From Vicugna vicugna (taxonomy: Eukaryota), in contig MU058584.1 in NCBI GenBank assembly GCA_013265495.1, positions 3,600,508-3,664,507 of the forward strand: a DNA stretch of 64,000 nt. The letters run 5' to 3'. Below, piece by piece: positions 49,473 through 62,227 of this stretch. The translations under genes were made by a program, and so were the position numbers. Position 1 is the first letter of the stretch, and every line of letters begins with the position of its first letter. The notes beneath the pieces are model-generated. The model was not told the origin of the DNA and searched no databases. It saw nothing but the letters and a program-made list of their open reading frames with translations.

Positions 49473-50070
49473 TAATTTCCCTGAGACATGTTCCATTTCT
49501 GTGACCACCTTCTACATAGAAACATACAATGAAACCCAGCTCTAACATTGGTATGCAGGAACCAGTTTTCTGCCTTATAAGCTTTGCTAAGTGTGGTAGT
49601 ACTGTAGATTTTCTTGGTTTAAAGGATGTGATTCATCCCGTGATAATCCAAATTCTGTACTATTATGTGTAGTATGGGCTGTATTGGGCTTCTCATCCAG
49701 GTAAAGGTTATTTTGACTGAAGCATGGCCCAGAAAATTAGTATGAGATCCAAGCTTGGTACCTGTGTTCAGTTTCCAGCTCTGCCATTTTCTGGCTCAGC
49801 CACCTTGATGCATTACTTCATTACCCTAGACTCAGCTGCAAAGAAGTAGCAGAGAAACAGTCATTGTGAGAATTTGATGTGGTAATCCATAGGAATTGGC
49901 ACATGGGTAAGGACTTCGGAAGTGTTACATGTTATTAAACCTACTGCTTCTAGTGAACCTCAGATTAAGGTATTCCTGGTATTTCGAACCCCCCCCCCCA
50001 AATCAGGGAGTGAGCTGGAAATCATTTTACTTACTGGTACTATCTTCGCTTCTCCTTGTCTGTCTGCCAG

Positions 50071-51542
50071 AAAATGAAGACTCCGACGTGAAGCCTCCAG
50101 ATTGGGCAGGCCCGATGAACGCGGCCTCCCAGTTTCCCCCGCCTCAGCACCTGGACGGCTTTGGCCTCCGTATGCCCCGGGACATCACAGAGCTGCCCGA
50201 GTGGGGCGAGGGGTACCCCTTCTACATGGCCATGGGCTTCCCCGGCTACGACCTGTCGGCCGACGACCTGGCCGGGAAGTTTCAGTTCAGCCGCGGCATG
50301 CGCCGCAGCTACGACGCCGGGTTCAAGTTGATGGTGGTGGAGTACGCCGAGAGCACCAACAACTGCCAGGCGGCCAAGCAGTTCGGCGTGCTGGAGAAAA
50401 ACGTCCGCGACTGGCGCAAGGTGAAGCCGCAGCTGCAGAACGCCCACGCCATGCGGCGCGCCTTCCGGGGCCCCAAGAACGGGCGCTTCGCTCTGGTGGA
50501 CCAGCGAGTGGCGGAGTACGTCCGCTACATGCAGGCCAAAGGGGACCCCATCACCCGGGAGGCCATGCAGCTGAAGGCGCTCGAGATCGCCCAGGAGATG
50601 AACATTCCAGAGAAAGGGTTCAAGGCCAGCCTGGGTTGGTGCCGAAGAATGATGCGAAGGTATGACTTGTCTCTGCGGCATAAGGTGCCGGTGCCCCAGC
50701 AGCTGCCCGAAGACCTGACGGAGAAGCTCGTCACTTACCAGCGGAGCGTCCTGGCTCTGCGCCGGACGCACGACTACCAGGTGGCTCAGATGGGAAATGC
50801 AGACGAGACGCCCATTTGCTTGGAGGTGCCATCGAGGGTGACTGTGGACAACCAGGGTGAAAAGCCGGTCTTGGTCAAGACGCCCGGCAGGGAGAAACTG
50901 AAAATCACAGCCATGCTGGGAGTCTTGGCTGATGGGAGGAAGTTACCTCCATACATCATTCTGAGGGGCACGTACATCCCCCCGGGGAAGTTCCCCAGTG
51001 GCATGGAAATCCGCTGCCACCGATATGGCTGGATGACGGAGGACTTGATGCAGGACTGGCTGGAAGTGGTGTGGAGGCGGAGGACGGGCGCAGTGCCCAA
51101 GCAGCGGGGGATGCTGATCCTCAACGGCTTCCGGGGCCACGCCACCGATTCGGTGAAGAGCTCCATGGAGAGCATGAACACCGACATGGTCATCATCCCG
51201 GGGGGCCTGACCTCACAGCTGCAGGTGTTGGACGTGGTGGTCTACAAACCGCTGAATGACAGTGTCCGGGCCCAGTACTCCAACTGGCTCCTAGCGGGGA
51301 ACCTGGCGCTGAGCCCCACCGGGAACGCCAAGAAGCCGCCCCTTGGGCTCTTTCTGGAGTGGGTCATGGTGGCGTGGAACAGCATCTCAAGTGAATCCAT
51401 TGTTCAGGGCTTCAAGAAGTGCCACATCTCCAGCAACTTGGAAGACGAAGATGATGTGCTGTGGGAGATCGAGAGCGAGTTGCCAGGAGGAGGGGAGCCG
51501 CCCAAAGAGTGTGACGCGGAGAGCCTGACCGAGAGCAACTGA
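50071..51542 (+). CDS. POGK: POGK last coding exon: Brinker-like DNA-binding domain, CENP-B-type HTH and pogo DDE transposase-derived domain
   Basis: Acceptor tgtctgccag. The spliced CDS is 132+127+99+1472 = 1830 nt = 609 aa plus stop. Motifs RRSYDAGFKL, GFKASLGWCRRMMRR, NADETP, LQVLDVVVYKPL. Confidence 0.98.
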
Positions 51543-54044
51543 GGGAAAGCCAAGGTAACCAGTCCAGAGTAAAGGCCCGGCGCCTTCCCCGAGGGACAAG
51601 TTGGGTTCCACAAACACCTTTTCTCTTGCCCCTATTTCCCTCTGTATCCCGGAACTCTTTGAGCCGGCAGCGCAGTGCTGTATGTAATGGTCATGAGCGT
51701 CTTCTCCTTCGTGTGAAACTTTGGCTGCTTCGCTTATTGCCTGGGTATTTTGCTCTGAGGCCTGGGCCCAGAAGCACTTGTATAACGTGTAAAATGAACA
51801 AAGAGTGGGCTGCCAGAATGCTTCATCTGAGAGCTCTGACGCTGAAAGTATTTGGGCTGGGAGGAGCGTTGTCTGACATGGCTCCATCAACAAAAAAGTT
51901 TGGTCTGAATAGCCAGCTTTTTCCTTCCCCGTATAAATCTTGCTGAACATTCAGGGCCAGTGGGTGTACCTGATCCACGTGGAACAGTTTTGCCTACTTT
52001 GGCTGACCTGTAGGGCCGTGACATGAGGACAGGTGTGCCTTCGGACTGTGTCCTCTGGGACTCAGTTCTCCGTTTTGGGGTCGTCTGCAGTAGCCGAGTG
52101 GGAAATGAAAGAAATAGCTTATGCTCACTTTTCCCTAGGAATTCAAAAATGTTTTTTAAAACATTATTTTGATGACATTCACATGGTGTGAGCAATTATA
52201 GTAATTTCTCATAGTCCACAGACATCTGAAGGATGGTATTATTAAATTGAAACTTTGCATCAGAAGACAAAAAACCACAAACCAGGGTGCTTATCCAGGA
52301 CCACAGAGGGTAAAGTCGAGGACTGAGGACAATTAGGGTCTGGAATTTTCAAAGTTGAGTGTAGAAGGGCTTTAAAAGGAAGCGGGGAGTTGGGGACTAG
52401 CAGACAACGCTAGCGCAGTGAGCCTCCCTGCCTTGCACACACCCCATGAGAGAGGAGAATGACCACATACAGTGGGCGACATTCAGAGAGAACAGACCCA
52501 ATTTCATTGTACCTTCTTGTTCTCATTTCCCTACTTGTCACTTCCTCCAGACACACTGTTTATTATGAAGAGAGCATTCCTTCTTTTATAGAGGACCTAA
52601 AGTAGCTCGACACTTTTCTTTCCTTTAAAGTGTGATTAGGTGTTTCCATCCTACCCTCTCCAAATGAAGTGCTAAGAGAAATCTTCTGTCACCCCCCGCC
52701 TTTATGCTGTATAAGTTGAAGAGTGACTTTTGTCCCCTTCCCTGCCCCCAAATCAAATTGTACACCTATCACTGAACCCTATTGTAATTCTGAGATCCCT
52801 AGAATTACGGAGTCAAGGACTGCTTACCATTACATTCAAAATTACCAAAAGTGCTTCTTTTTCCTCTCTTTCACTACTCTTGTCCTCTACTCTTTCACTC
52901 CCTGAATTCAGCCTCCCTTTTGTGTTAACCATTATAGTGCCTCCACTGGGTATCGAACTTTGAATTATAGTGAATTTTTATCTTTTTACTTTTTTCCCCC
53001 TCTCCTCTTTAGATAACATTTTTGTGCGTTTTTAATTTTCTAAGCTATTTGCTACCCCCAAAAGACTGAATCAAAAACTGCTCTAAGAGGAAAGGGAAAA
53101 AAAAAACAATGCTAGGCTGCAGCTGTGAACGTAGGCATGTCCATCCAGTCCCATCCATGAGCTTTGGCTCATCTTGACAGCCACAGTCCTCCGTACAGCT
53201 GCCCTTTTTTTCAGCTGAGGAAGTAAATAGAAGTAAACAGGCATTCTCAGTGAATAAGACATTTAGGAGGAGACATATGGGCATCAAACTGCCACTTCTC
53301 ATCTGTTGGGAAATTTGACTCACGGGATAATTATGTTTGTTTTAAGTTACACGATATCTAAAATCCAAGGGCTAATTCACACTTAGGTTCTCTCTGTTTT
53401 CCAGCAAATGAACTGTGTCTGGAACAGCTGGGGAGGAAAATCCTCAAGAAGATTTCCTCAAAGTGTGGATGCACAGGGAGCAACAGGAAAGGGCCCTGGG
53501 GCCCGGAACCACCCAGGCCTGGACAGCAGCCTGAGCGTCCCATCCTGGGACACGGCCCGGCCCCGCCCCACACCCCTGAGGTGTCAGAAGAGTCCAGGAC
53601 CCTTAATCTCATCAAAGCCGTGACTAGAAAAGAAACTGCTTCTGCCTCATGTCTTGTTTTAGAGATTACTCCACGTGTCCATTGGAAGAAACCTGTAAAT
53701 AGGAATGAACAAAGATATTTCCTGGCGAAGAGACCATTTGTTCAGCACCAACAAGAGACTCTTAGACGGGCCCAACTCCGCCGGTTCCCTTCTGTGGAGA
53801 GAACCCCAGTAAATGTTTTCTTCTGCCCTCCAGAATGCTTCCATCCGTAGAACCTGTCCCCACACAGGTCGAGACTACAGAAAATGCTTTGTGGGCTTGG
53901 TCATTTCTGCACACCTGCTACTTACACATTTTCTCTTTTGGAAACATGAGATGCTAATGATCACAAAATTCAGACCTACTGGCCTGGTGCCAGCAGATGG
54001 CTTTTCTAGAGACAGGCTAGGTTAGCGTGGAAGATACAGGTTAA

Positions 54045-54050
54045 AATAAA
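54045..54050 (+). terminator. POGK: Candidate proximal POGK poly(A) signal
   Basis: AATAAA followed by U-rich tgctgttttatttatctt. Confidence 0.5.
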
Positions 54051-55260
54051 CTATGCTGTTTTATTTATCTTCCCAATCTGGTTGGCAGCTAGACTTTTTT
54101 AGGGTCTCACTTAATGGCCCTATTTTTCTTTATTATTATTATATTTAATGATAGGGTAGCATTTAGTGCCCAAGCTCTTCTGTTTCTCAGGCTGCCTGCA
54201 GAAGAAGTCACGATAAATTATCTGCTGTCTACATGGTACAAGGCTCATTGACTCATCTGATACCTGTTTTGTTAATTTCTTTAATATTTTTATCACAAGA
54301 GTGGTAAGAGAGCTTGGGCCTTCAGCCCTGCTGTTTCAAGACTTCTAATCTTCTGTCCTGCAGGAATAGGTGGGAGGTCTTTGAATTTTTACACTATAGT
54401 AATTTGCATTCCCACATAAGCTGGGTGTTAGGAAAACATTCCTTCAAAGCTATCTGTGCTACAGAAAATATGCCAGAACCTCATAGACAAAGCCATTGCT
54501 AGAAATGTCATTCCAATGTCAAATCTGGATAACAGGCTACCATAACCACTCTTCCCTCCTGTAGACCCAGCTCATTTGTATAACATACTCCTTTTGGCAT
54601 CTTGAAACACCTATTTCTACTCAGGTACTCATTTACCTATTAGTGATTCACCTTCCTCCTTATTTAAAACCAGTTTTTCTCCAAGAGGGAAAGTTTCACT
54701 TAACTTCTGATATCTGAATAACTTTAGATATTTGAATTATTTCCCCACCTACTTTTACTGTAATCCTTGTCATCTCAAGTGGCATCCAAATCCAGCTACT
54801 TTTCATTCCAGAAGTTTTCATTCCCTCCTGTTCCTCTTAATTTATCGTCCACTGTCCTGGTTCCTGGCCCTTTTCTTCTCTATGTCCAATTTTACTTGCT
54901 TTGGGAGTTTAAAGGACTTTTATAAGACCTAATTTTGGGTTCCTGCATTGGAGCCATAGTTATCTTGCAGAGAAGAGTAAAAAATGGGTTCAACTCCTGT
55001 TTCATTCCACTGACACCTCCTTGAGTCTCATCGTCAGCTGATAGATGATGCCTTACAGGTTGCATAGCACTGGAACTTCCCTAGAGTAATGGCTCCACTG
55101 TCAGGGTTTTTCTGGGCTCATTCTTCCACTGACTTAATTACGATCTATGCCTAACAGAGCCCCAGTACGACTATTTTGCAGAACGGCTATTACCCTAGAA
55201 TTACTAGAGCACATATTGAAACATAGTTGTACTCCCCAGTAGGTAGGAACTGACTCCAAC

Positions 55261-55279
55261 AATAAACTTTGTTAATAAA
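55261..55279 (+). terminator. POGK: Candidate distal POGK poly(A) signals (two tandem AATAAA)
   Basis: AATAAA at 55261 and 55274, followed by GU/U-rich tatggtggttttatttattgttt. Confidence 0.6.
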
Positions 55280-55604
55280 GACCATAGGCTATGGTGGTTT
55301 TATTTATTGTTTACCTGCTAGCGTTGTAAAAAAGTCATATTTCAGAGTCTTGTTGACACTTTATTCTCCACTCAGTTTGGTGCCAATAGATTGCACCCTT
55401 GAATAAAAAGTCTGTTCATGGGATGGCAATGTAAGTGATGTTTATGTCTTTAAAGACGAAGAAAAATGTTATTTGTGTTTTTAAACTGGCTTTTAAAGGT
55501 GAGGGAAAGGGACCTGGCATAAACAGCTTTTTTCCTTCAGTCGTGTTTGGATGCTACGTTACCGAAATCACACGAAGGAAATCCATAAAGGGATATTAAT
55601 TTTA

Positions 55605-57061
55605 TTTATTTATTTATTTTTAATTGAAGTATGGTCAATTTATAATGTTAATTTCTGGTGTACAGTGTAATGATTCATATATATACTTACGTATATATGT
55701 TCTTTTTCATATTCTTTTTCATTATAGGCCATTACAAGTTACTGAATATAGTTCCCTGTGCTGTACAGTAGGACCCTGCTGTTTATTTTATATATAGTAG
55801 TTAGTATCTGCAAAGCCCAAACTCCCAATTTATCCCTTCTCCTGCTTTTCTCCCTGGTAACCATGTTTATTTTCTGTCTATGATTCTCCTTTGTAAATAA
55901 GTTCATTTGTGTCCTTTTTTTTTTTTTAAGATTCCACAAAAAAGTGATACCATATGCTATTTTTCTTTCTTTTTCTAGCTTACTAAACTAAGTGTGACAA
56001 TCTCCAGGTCCATCCATGTTGCTGCAAATGGCATTCTTTTTTATGGCTGAATAGTATTCCTGTGTGTGTGTGTTTACCACAGCTTCTTTATCCAGTCATC
56101 TGTCTATGGACATTTAGTTTGCTTCTATGTCTTAGCTATTGTAAATAGTGCTGCTATAAACATTGGGGTGCATGTATCTTTGAATTAGAGCTTCCTCCAG
56201 ATATAGGCCCAGGAGTGGGATGGCTTGATCCTAGGGTAAGTCTATTTTCAGTTTTCTAAGGAATCTCCCTACTGTTTTCTATAACAGCTGCACCAAACTA
56301 CACTCCTACCCACAGTGTAGAAGGGTTCTCTTTTTCTATACCCTCTCCAATATTTATTGTTTGTGGACTTTTTAATTATTCTGACTGGTGTGAAGTGATA
56401 CCTCATTGTAGTTTTGATGTACATTTCTCTGATAGTGACATTGAACATTTTTTCATGTGCCTATTGGCCATTTGTATGTCTTCATTGGAGAAATGTTTGT
56501 TAGGTCCTATGCCTATTTTTGGATTGGACTGCTTTTTTGTTGTTATTGGGTTGTTATGAGCTGTTTGTATATTCTGGAAATGAAGGCCTTGTCGGTTGCA
56601 TTGTTTGCAAGTATTTTCTCCCATTCTGCAGGTTTTTTCATTTTATTTATGGTTTCCTTTGCTGTGCAAAAGCTTGTAAGTTTAATTAGGTTCCATGTGT
56701 TTATTTTTGCTATCTCTGTTGCCTGGGTAGTCTGCAACTAGGAGAACTTTGCTATGATTTATATCAGAGAACGTTTTGCTTATTTCCTCTTCAAGGAATT
56801 TTATGGTGTCTTACACTTAAGCCTTTAAGACATTTTGAGTTTATTTCCGTGTATGGTGTGAGGGAGTGTTCTCATTTAATTAGTTTACATACGCTGTACA
56901 GCTTTCCCAGCACCACTTTTCTCCGTTGTATATCCTTGCCTCCTTTGTAGATTGACTATAGGTGTGCGGGTTTATATCTGGGATCTCTATGCTATTCGAC
57001 TGATCCATATGTTTGTTTTTGTGCCAATACCACGCTGTTTCGATTACTTTGGCTTTGTAGT
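55605..57061 (-). mobile_element. L1 3' 1.46 kb with ~16-bp TSD, between the POGK and TADA1 3' ends
   Basis: TSD agggatattaatttta (55589-55604) and agggataattaatttta (57062-57078). Minus-strand ORF2 remnants [15 protein letters not shown] and [16 protein letters not shown]. Confidence 0.93.
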
Positions 57062-58554
57062 AGGGATAATTAATTTTAAAAGAGTGGGAACATGCTAGCA
57101 AGTTGATAAACAGAAGACTTAGTTTTCCGAAGTATGATGAACCTGTGTGCCCCTTCATGGTGTGCTTTTAGTAAAATCAGCCCTGACAATTTACCATGCC
57201 CAAAGATTCAATTAAATATTAGTCTGCTCTCCAAGAATAACCTAGACACTTTTCCTGTTTTAAGCCGTCAGTATTAAATGCTGAACCAATCTGTTGATGA
57301 CAGCATCCAAGTCTGAGCCCTAAAAGCAAGCTTCCTTACCGTTATTCAAAGTGGAGGCATTTTGATTTGACTCAAAAGACATGATGGAACAAAGGTATTT
57401 ATCCATGGTCAAAGAGAGGAATCATTTAAAAGACAATTTATGAAATTCGATCAGGAACATCCTGATCACTTCAGGCAAGGGGAGAAGTGTTGGAAGAACT
57501 GTGTACTTGGTTGATCCCAGCAATGGTTGATAAAGGTGGTAATAATGTGTGCCAAGCCTGGTAGAAAATCAGCTGCGCCTTATCAGACCTGGCTGTGCAC
57601 AATGACACACCTAGAGCTGAAAGTCAATCACTGAAACCCCTATGGGAAAAATAAGCTTTATTCTAAGCCTAGAGTTATCTGGTTTCTAGTAGTTTATTTC
57701 CTCACTGAAATAGTTATTTTTCTAAATGATGCTTGATAATAAGCACTCATGATTTCTTAAAAGCCTAATTGTAGAAGAGACTGCACCTAGGATCCCACAG
57801 TTGGCAGTGGTGCGAGAGCTGGAGGCAGCATCTGGTGGAACAGAGGTCTTTGAATCTCAGAGTCTCTCTTGAAAAATCCTAAGTATCACTCTTGCCACCT
57901 GCCTGCCCTGCCCGCAACTCCATCCCTCTGCTGCACAAAATGATTGAGGAAAACTGGCGTGTAGGCCCAAAACTTACAAAGTGAAGAGAGACCTCTGGTG
58001 TCCCATAGTCCCACCAAAGTAGATGACTCCAGAGATTTAGGCCAGGTCCTAGAGAGCAGTGAGGAGTTTTTCTGTTTGGAGGTTCCTCTGTTAACAAATT
58101 TCTATGGAACCTGCCACTGCAACGGGCAGGAGGACACATCGGAGGCTTCTAGCTGCCTCTCCCATCTATGGAACACGGGGAATTTAGCACATACTTAGCA
58201 TTAAGGCTCAGATATATGGATGGTCCAAAGCAAAACCCTTATATGCAGTCAGATGTCAGTTTAAATTCTTACAAACCCTAAAAATTCTTGAGTTATCTAA
58301 CAAAACTCTAAAGAACTTTTCAGATTTGTGCCAATAACTGAAACTAAGCTGGGTTTTTTTTGTCTTAATCTACCTGTCACACAAGGAAGAAAGGGCACGC
58401 CTTAACTGGAACCTGCTGCTTCATCTTTCTCACCTAGTACATTCTTCTGAAAAGTCTCTGCTAGGATCTCATAAAGCTTCTTCGTATTTCTGTAGAAGGC
58501 AGTATGTCTGGTATGTTTACTTTAACAAACAAACAAAAGTTTTCTCCCCAAAAG

Positions 58555-58560
58555 TTTACT
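58555..58560 (-). terminator. TADA1: Candidate TADA1 poly(A) signal (variant AGTAAA)
   Basis: On the minus strand: upstream TGTA, then AGTAAA, then ttttgtttgtttgtt downstream, about 1 kb past the stop codon. Confidence 0.45.
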
Positions 58561-59554
58561 TATCACATTTAAAGTACAAAACCAAACACACAGATGCAGA
58601 TACTGGACCATAAATGCATACCTATACATACGTTACTTAGACCTCCTGAAACCCATCTATTGAGCCTGATACAGCTACCAGTAATATCTCTTGAACAAAA
58701 AGCAACATATCTCTCAAAAACAAACTTGTTACTAGCAATGCTGTCTGTCACTTGAAACAAGAGAAAAAGATATTTCATAGGAATAAGCGAATTACCAAGT
58801 ATAAACCCAATATGTTTATATGGACTTCTTTAAACATTCTATAGGAATAACACATGAACCTGCCAATCAAAGCTTTCAGGCATAATAACTACGGAAGGAA
58901 CTTGCGTTATGAGAAGATATTTTATGAGGTTAATTACATTCTAAGCGATTGCTTTGATTCTGGCTTTTAATTTAAAGAAAGGACTTTGTCTAATAGCACA
59001 GCATTTCTAAGTCTTATTTTTTATGGAGTTGTAATGAATCTTAAGGCAACTACCGAAGTCTTAAAAATTAAACTGGTGACTAAAAACGATGACCGATTTT
59101 TAACTCTGTGTTAAAAGCACAGCTCTTCAGGAAAATAGCAGAAAGTTTGGACTTGCCAGCTAGAGAATATGTGATGTCTCTGAACACAGAGACATCCCTG
59201 CTGATCATGGGGACTAAGTGCTAACAGCTTCTTTGTTCTAGAATGTCACCTACCTCACATGCAGACCGTAGGGTACCACCCTAAGATGCCTGAACATCTC
59301 CATTCCGGGCACCCAATTTTCTCAGCGCCTACTCCCATAACTGAGAGCCCATACATACAGAGATATGAGTCATTATCAAAATTAGATTTATATTAACGGC
59401 TTCACAGCAGCAGCACAAAATGTACTCAATGTCACGTTTCCATAGGAAAGGTAGTATTTACACTAGACACTTCAGTCTCGAAATGTGGACTTGAAAACAT
59501 TCAATCCCCAGTAGTCAATGAATCTGCTGAGGGTCCCACACCTCAAATCCTAAT

Positions 59555-59707
59555 TCAGCAGAGCAAAAGCCCCTCCTTGGCTGCCAGGCGCTGGCGGTGG
59601 ACTTTGTCTTGCTGCAGCTCCTCGTGATTTGGATGCCAGAGTTTCATGATGATCCTTTCAATGTTGAGCGCGTATACGGTATGTGTAGGAATGACTTCCC
59701 TGTGTAC
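59555..59707 (-). CDS. TADA1: TADA1 last coding exon ([50 protein letters not shown])
   Basis: Minus-strand acceptor ttttcaatcccag, 153 nt to TGA. Matches the recalled TADA1 C-terminus. Confidence 0.95.
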
Positions 59708-60146
59708 CTGGGATTGAAAAATCAGCACATCTCCAATTATACTTCAGTATACTTATTTTTCCAACATACAAAATGAAAGTAAGGCTTCTATCAACAAAAG
59801 GCTCACACAAAAGACACACAAACCTATAAACTTTAAGTCAGAACCTACTGAATCCTGAATCAGGTAACACGAAAACAAGGATGTAACAAGGCTCTAAAAT
59901 AACAAAGGGAGTTTTCTTTAGTTCACTGGGGAGGTGAGGGATAGGGGAGGTAAGTTAGGAAGGACTCCTGGGCTCAGGATCTGCAAAATGAGGCCAGTAT
60001 TGATGGCTTTAGTTACAAATAATAAAAACTGAAAAACACACTCAAAAAAGCCAGGAAATGGAAAAGCTGGTGAATACCTTTGGAGACCTGAAGAAACTCT
60101 GAACCTACCCATAAATCGAGGTAAAGCTTAAGGAGCCCAGAGTTAC

Positions 60147-60309
60147 CTGCAGAGCTTCAAAAAGGTCGTACATGTTCACTGGAGGCAAAGACGCGGGCGG
60201 CGTGTCCCCCGAGCATGCCAGCAGGAGCGCAGCCTGCTGCTCGGCGTCGTCAGGGGGCGGGTGGGACGCCGGGTTCTGGCCAGCGCAGGGAGCAGAAAAG
60301 GCTGGGGGG
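60147..60309 (-). CDS. TADA1: TADA1 exon ([55 protein letters not shown])
   Basis: 163 nt, acceptor tgttttcag, donor CAG|gtaact, frame consistent with neighbours. Confidence 0.95.
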
Positions 60310-62075
60310 CTGAAAACAGAACATTTCAGAAATATTCCCCGGTAACGAGGATGGAAGCAACCAAACAACTAGAATAGGGAAGGGTGGCTAGAAAACTCCC
60401 TATCAAATATATCTAAAAACGAATCAGAAATTAATTAAAATTAATTTAAATTTTTAAAGGCAGCCATCTGTCGGGCTGGAAATAAAATGTCATGCAACTG
60501 CCTTTACCCTTTCCTTCCCTCCTTCCCTCCCTCCCTTCCTCCCTCCACAATGTTAAAATATTTACTCAGTCAGGATACTGAGCCAAAATTGTTTCCTGCC
60601 CTTAAAGAGCTTCTAGTTGTTAAAAAAAATTTTAAAAAAAACTTAATTAAAGGAAAATGGCATTACAAACCACTGATTTGGAGAGGAAGGTAAATGGTAC
60701 TAGAGACAATGGGATCAAAAACAACAAACATGGAAAGAAGACACAGCACAAAAGAAGCAACAGGCAGAAATGGCGGGTGGACAAAATCCAGATCTCGCCA
60801 ATTTCCCAAATTAGAACCCAGATATAACATCAGCTGGGGAGCCAGGCATTTTTGCATCATTTACAGTAGGAGAAAACCTATGCAATTGTGGAGAACACGC
60901 AGGAGAAACGACAGTGAGGAGGGAGCTGGGAGGATGGGAAGCACTGCTGGGGCGTGAGCAGTGCGGGCAGCAGACGGGCAGCTCGGCTGGAGAAACAAGC
61001 CGGGCGGCGGGGGAGAGACCGTCCCAGGGACGGGCCGGCAGGCGGAGGGCCGGAGGGTCAGACACCGCTCCAGCACTCACCCACGACCAGGGCCCACTTT
61101 CTGGGGTTTGTTTTTGTCTCTAGAGAAGAATGACTCCCAAATGAGAACAAATAATCCCAAACAGATATGCCGGAATGAGACCGAGAAAGGAAATCTTCAC
61201 CTATGGCAATGTGAACAGTGAACCCAATTTAAGGTGCTGCTCTTCAAAATGGGCCTTGTGAGCCGTGTCAAGGGCCTTGAAACAGGCACCAGTCCCACCC
61301 CTCCCTGTGGTGCCGGCGCGGTCAGCTCAGCCCTCCCACCTGCAGCCCTAACACTCCTCCTGCCTTCCCCGTCACCTTTTCCTCAGAACTTTTATCTCCC
61401 TGTCATCTCTTTACCTTCCTTGTCCCTGCAAACAGACAACACAGAGATGAAGGTAGCCCAGGTCATCTCAGAGGGAGGACTCGGGACATCAGAGAGGCCC
61501 AGGGAGCCCTCAGTGGAATGCAGGCAGAGGGGTCCCAGACACTGGAGCTGAGAGACCAGAGCTGCATAAGAGGATGCCAAGAGCAAGCTGACAACACTCA
61601 GCACAGGCCACTATCTTAGGCTGCAGCTACAAAAGCCAGATGAGGACCTGGAGAAATACCCACCGCTCCTCCTCCCACCACCAAAAAACCCAGCCTTGAC
61701 CCAGCAACCAGAGGCCACGTTTCTGAGCGAGTGCCAGCCTGCCCCCACCACCAGGCAGGTGCTGTCCATCAGGAGCCAGCAGGACGCACTGCCCCAGGGA
61801 ACGAGTCCACTGCAGCTCAGAAAGGGAGGGGCACTCACATTAAACCACACGCAGCAGCCGAACTCTACAACTTCACTTCTGATATAAAGAGAACCAAAAG
61901 GGTTCACTAGTTATCAGGCAAGGATGCAACTTAAGAAAATAAAACAGCACAGCTTTCAGAGCTACCGCAGACTTGCAGACACACAATAACCAATTATTTA
62001 ACAGTGGTCTATTATGTAAGAGTGGTGTAACGGACTAGAAAGGATGGGTGCAAAGCCACAAGAAATGTTATATAC

Positions 62076-62227
62076 CTTTCTATTAAGTTGTTGTAAGCTA
62101 CTACACTATTCTTCAGGTATGGCTGGGGGGTCACATTACTACCAAAGGCATATTTAAAATGACCATCACGTAATCGATAAGCTTTCCTTCTTGACACAAC
62201 TGATGTCAATATATCTTTAAGGTGATT
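62076..62227 (-). CDS. TADA1: TADA1 exon ([50 protein letters not shown])
   Basis: 152 nt, acceptor tttttacag, donor AG|gtatat. Confidence 0.95.

Noticed and set aside
49929..50070. ORF-track start for a 537-aa standalone transposase
   Set aside because: The ATG is intronic with weak context; a good acceptor at 50070 gives the 609-aa spliced POGK. No terminal repeats flank the ORF, so it is not an autonomous transposon.
50040..50771. 243-aa antisense ORF and 187-aa alternative-frame ORF within POGK
   Set aside because: Expected shadow ORFs of high-GC3 coding sequence.
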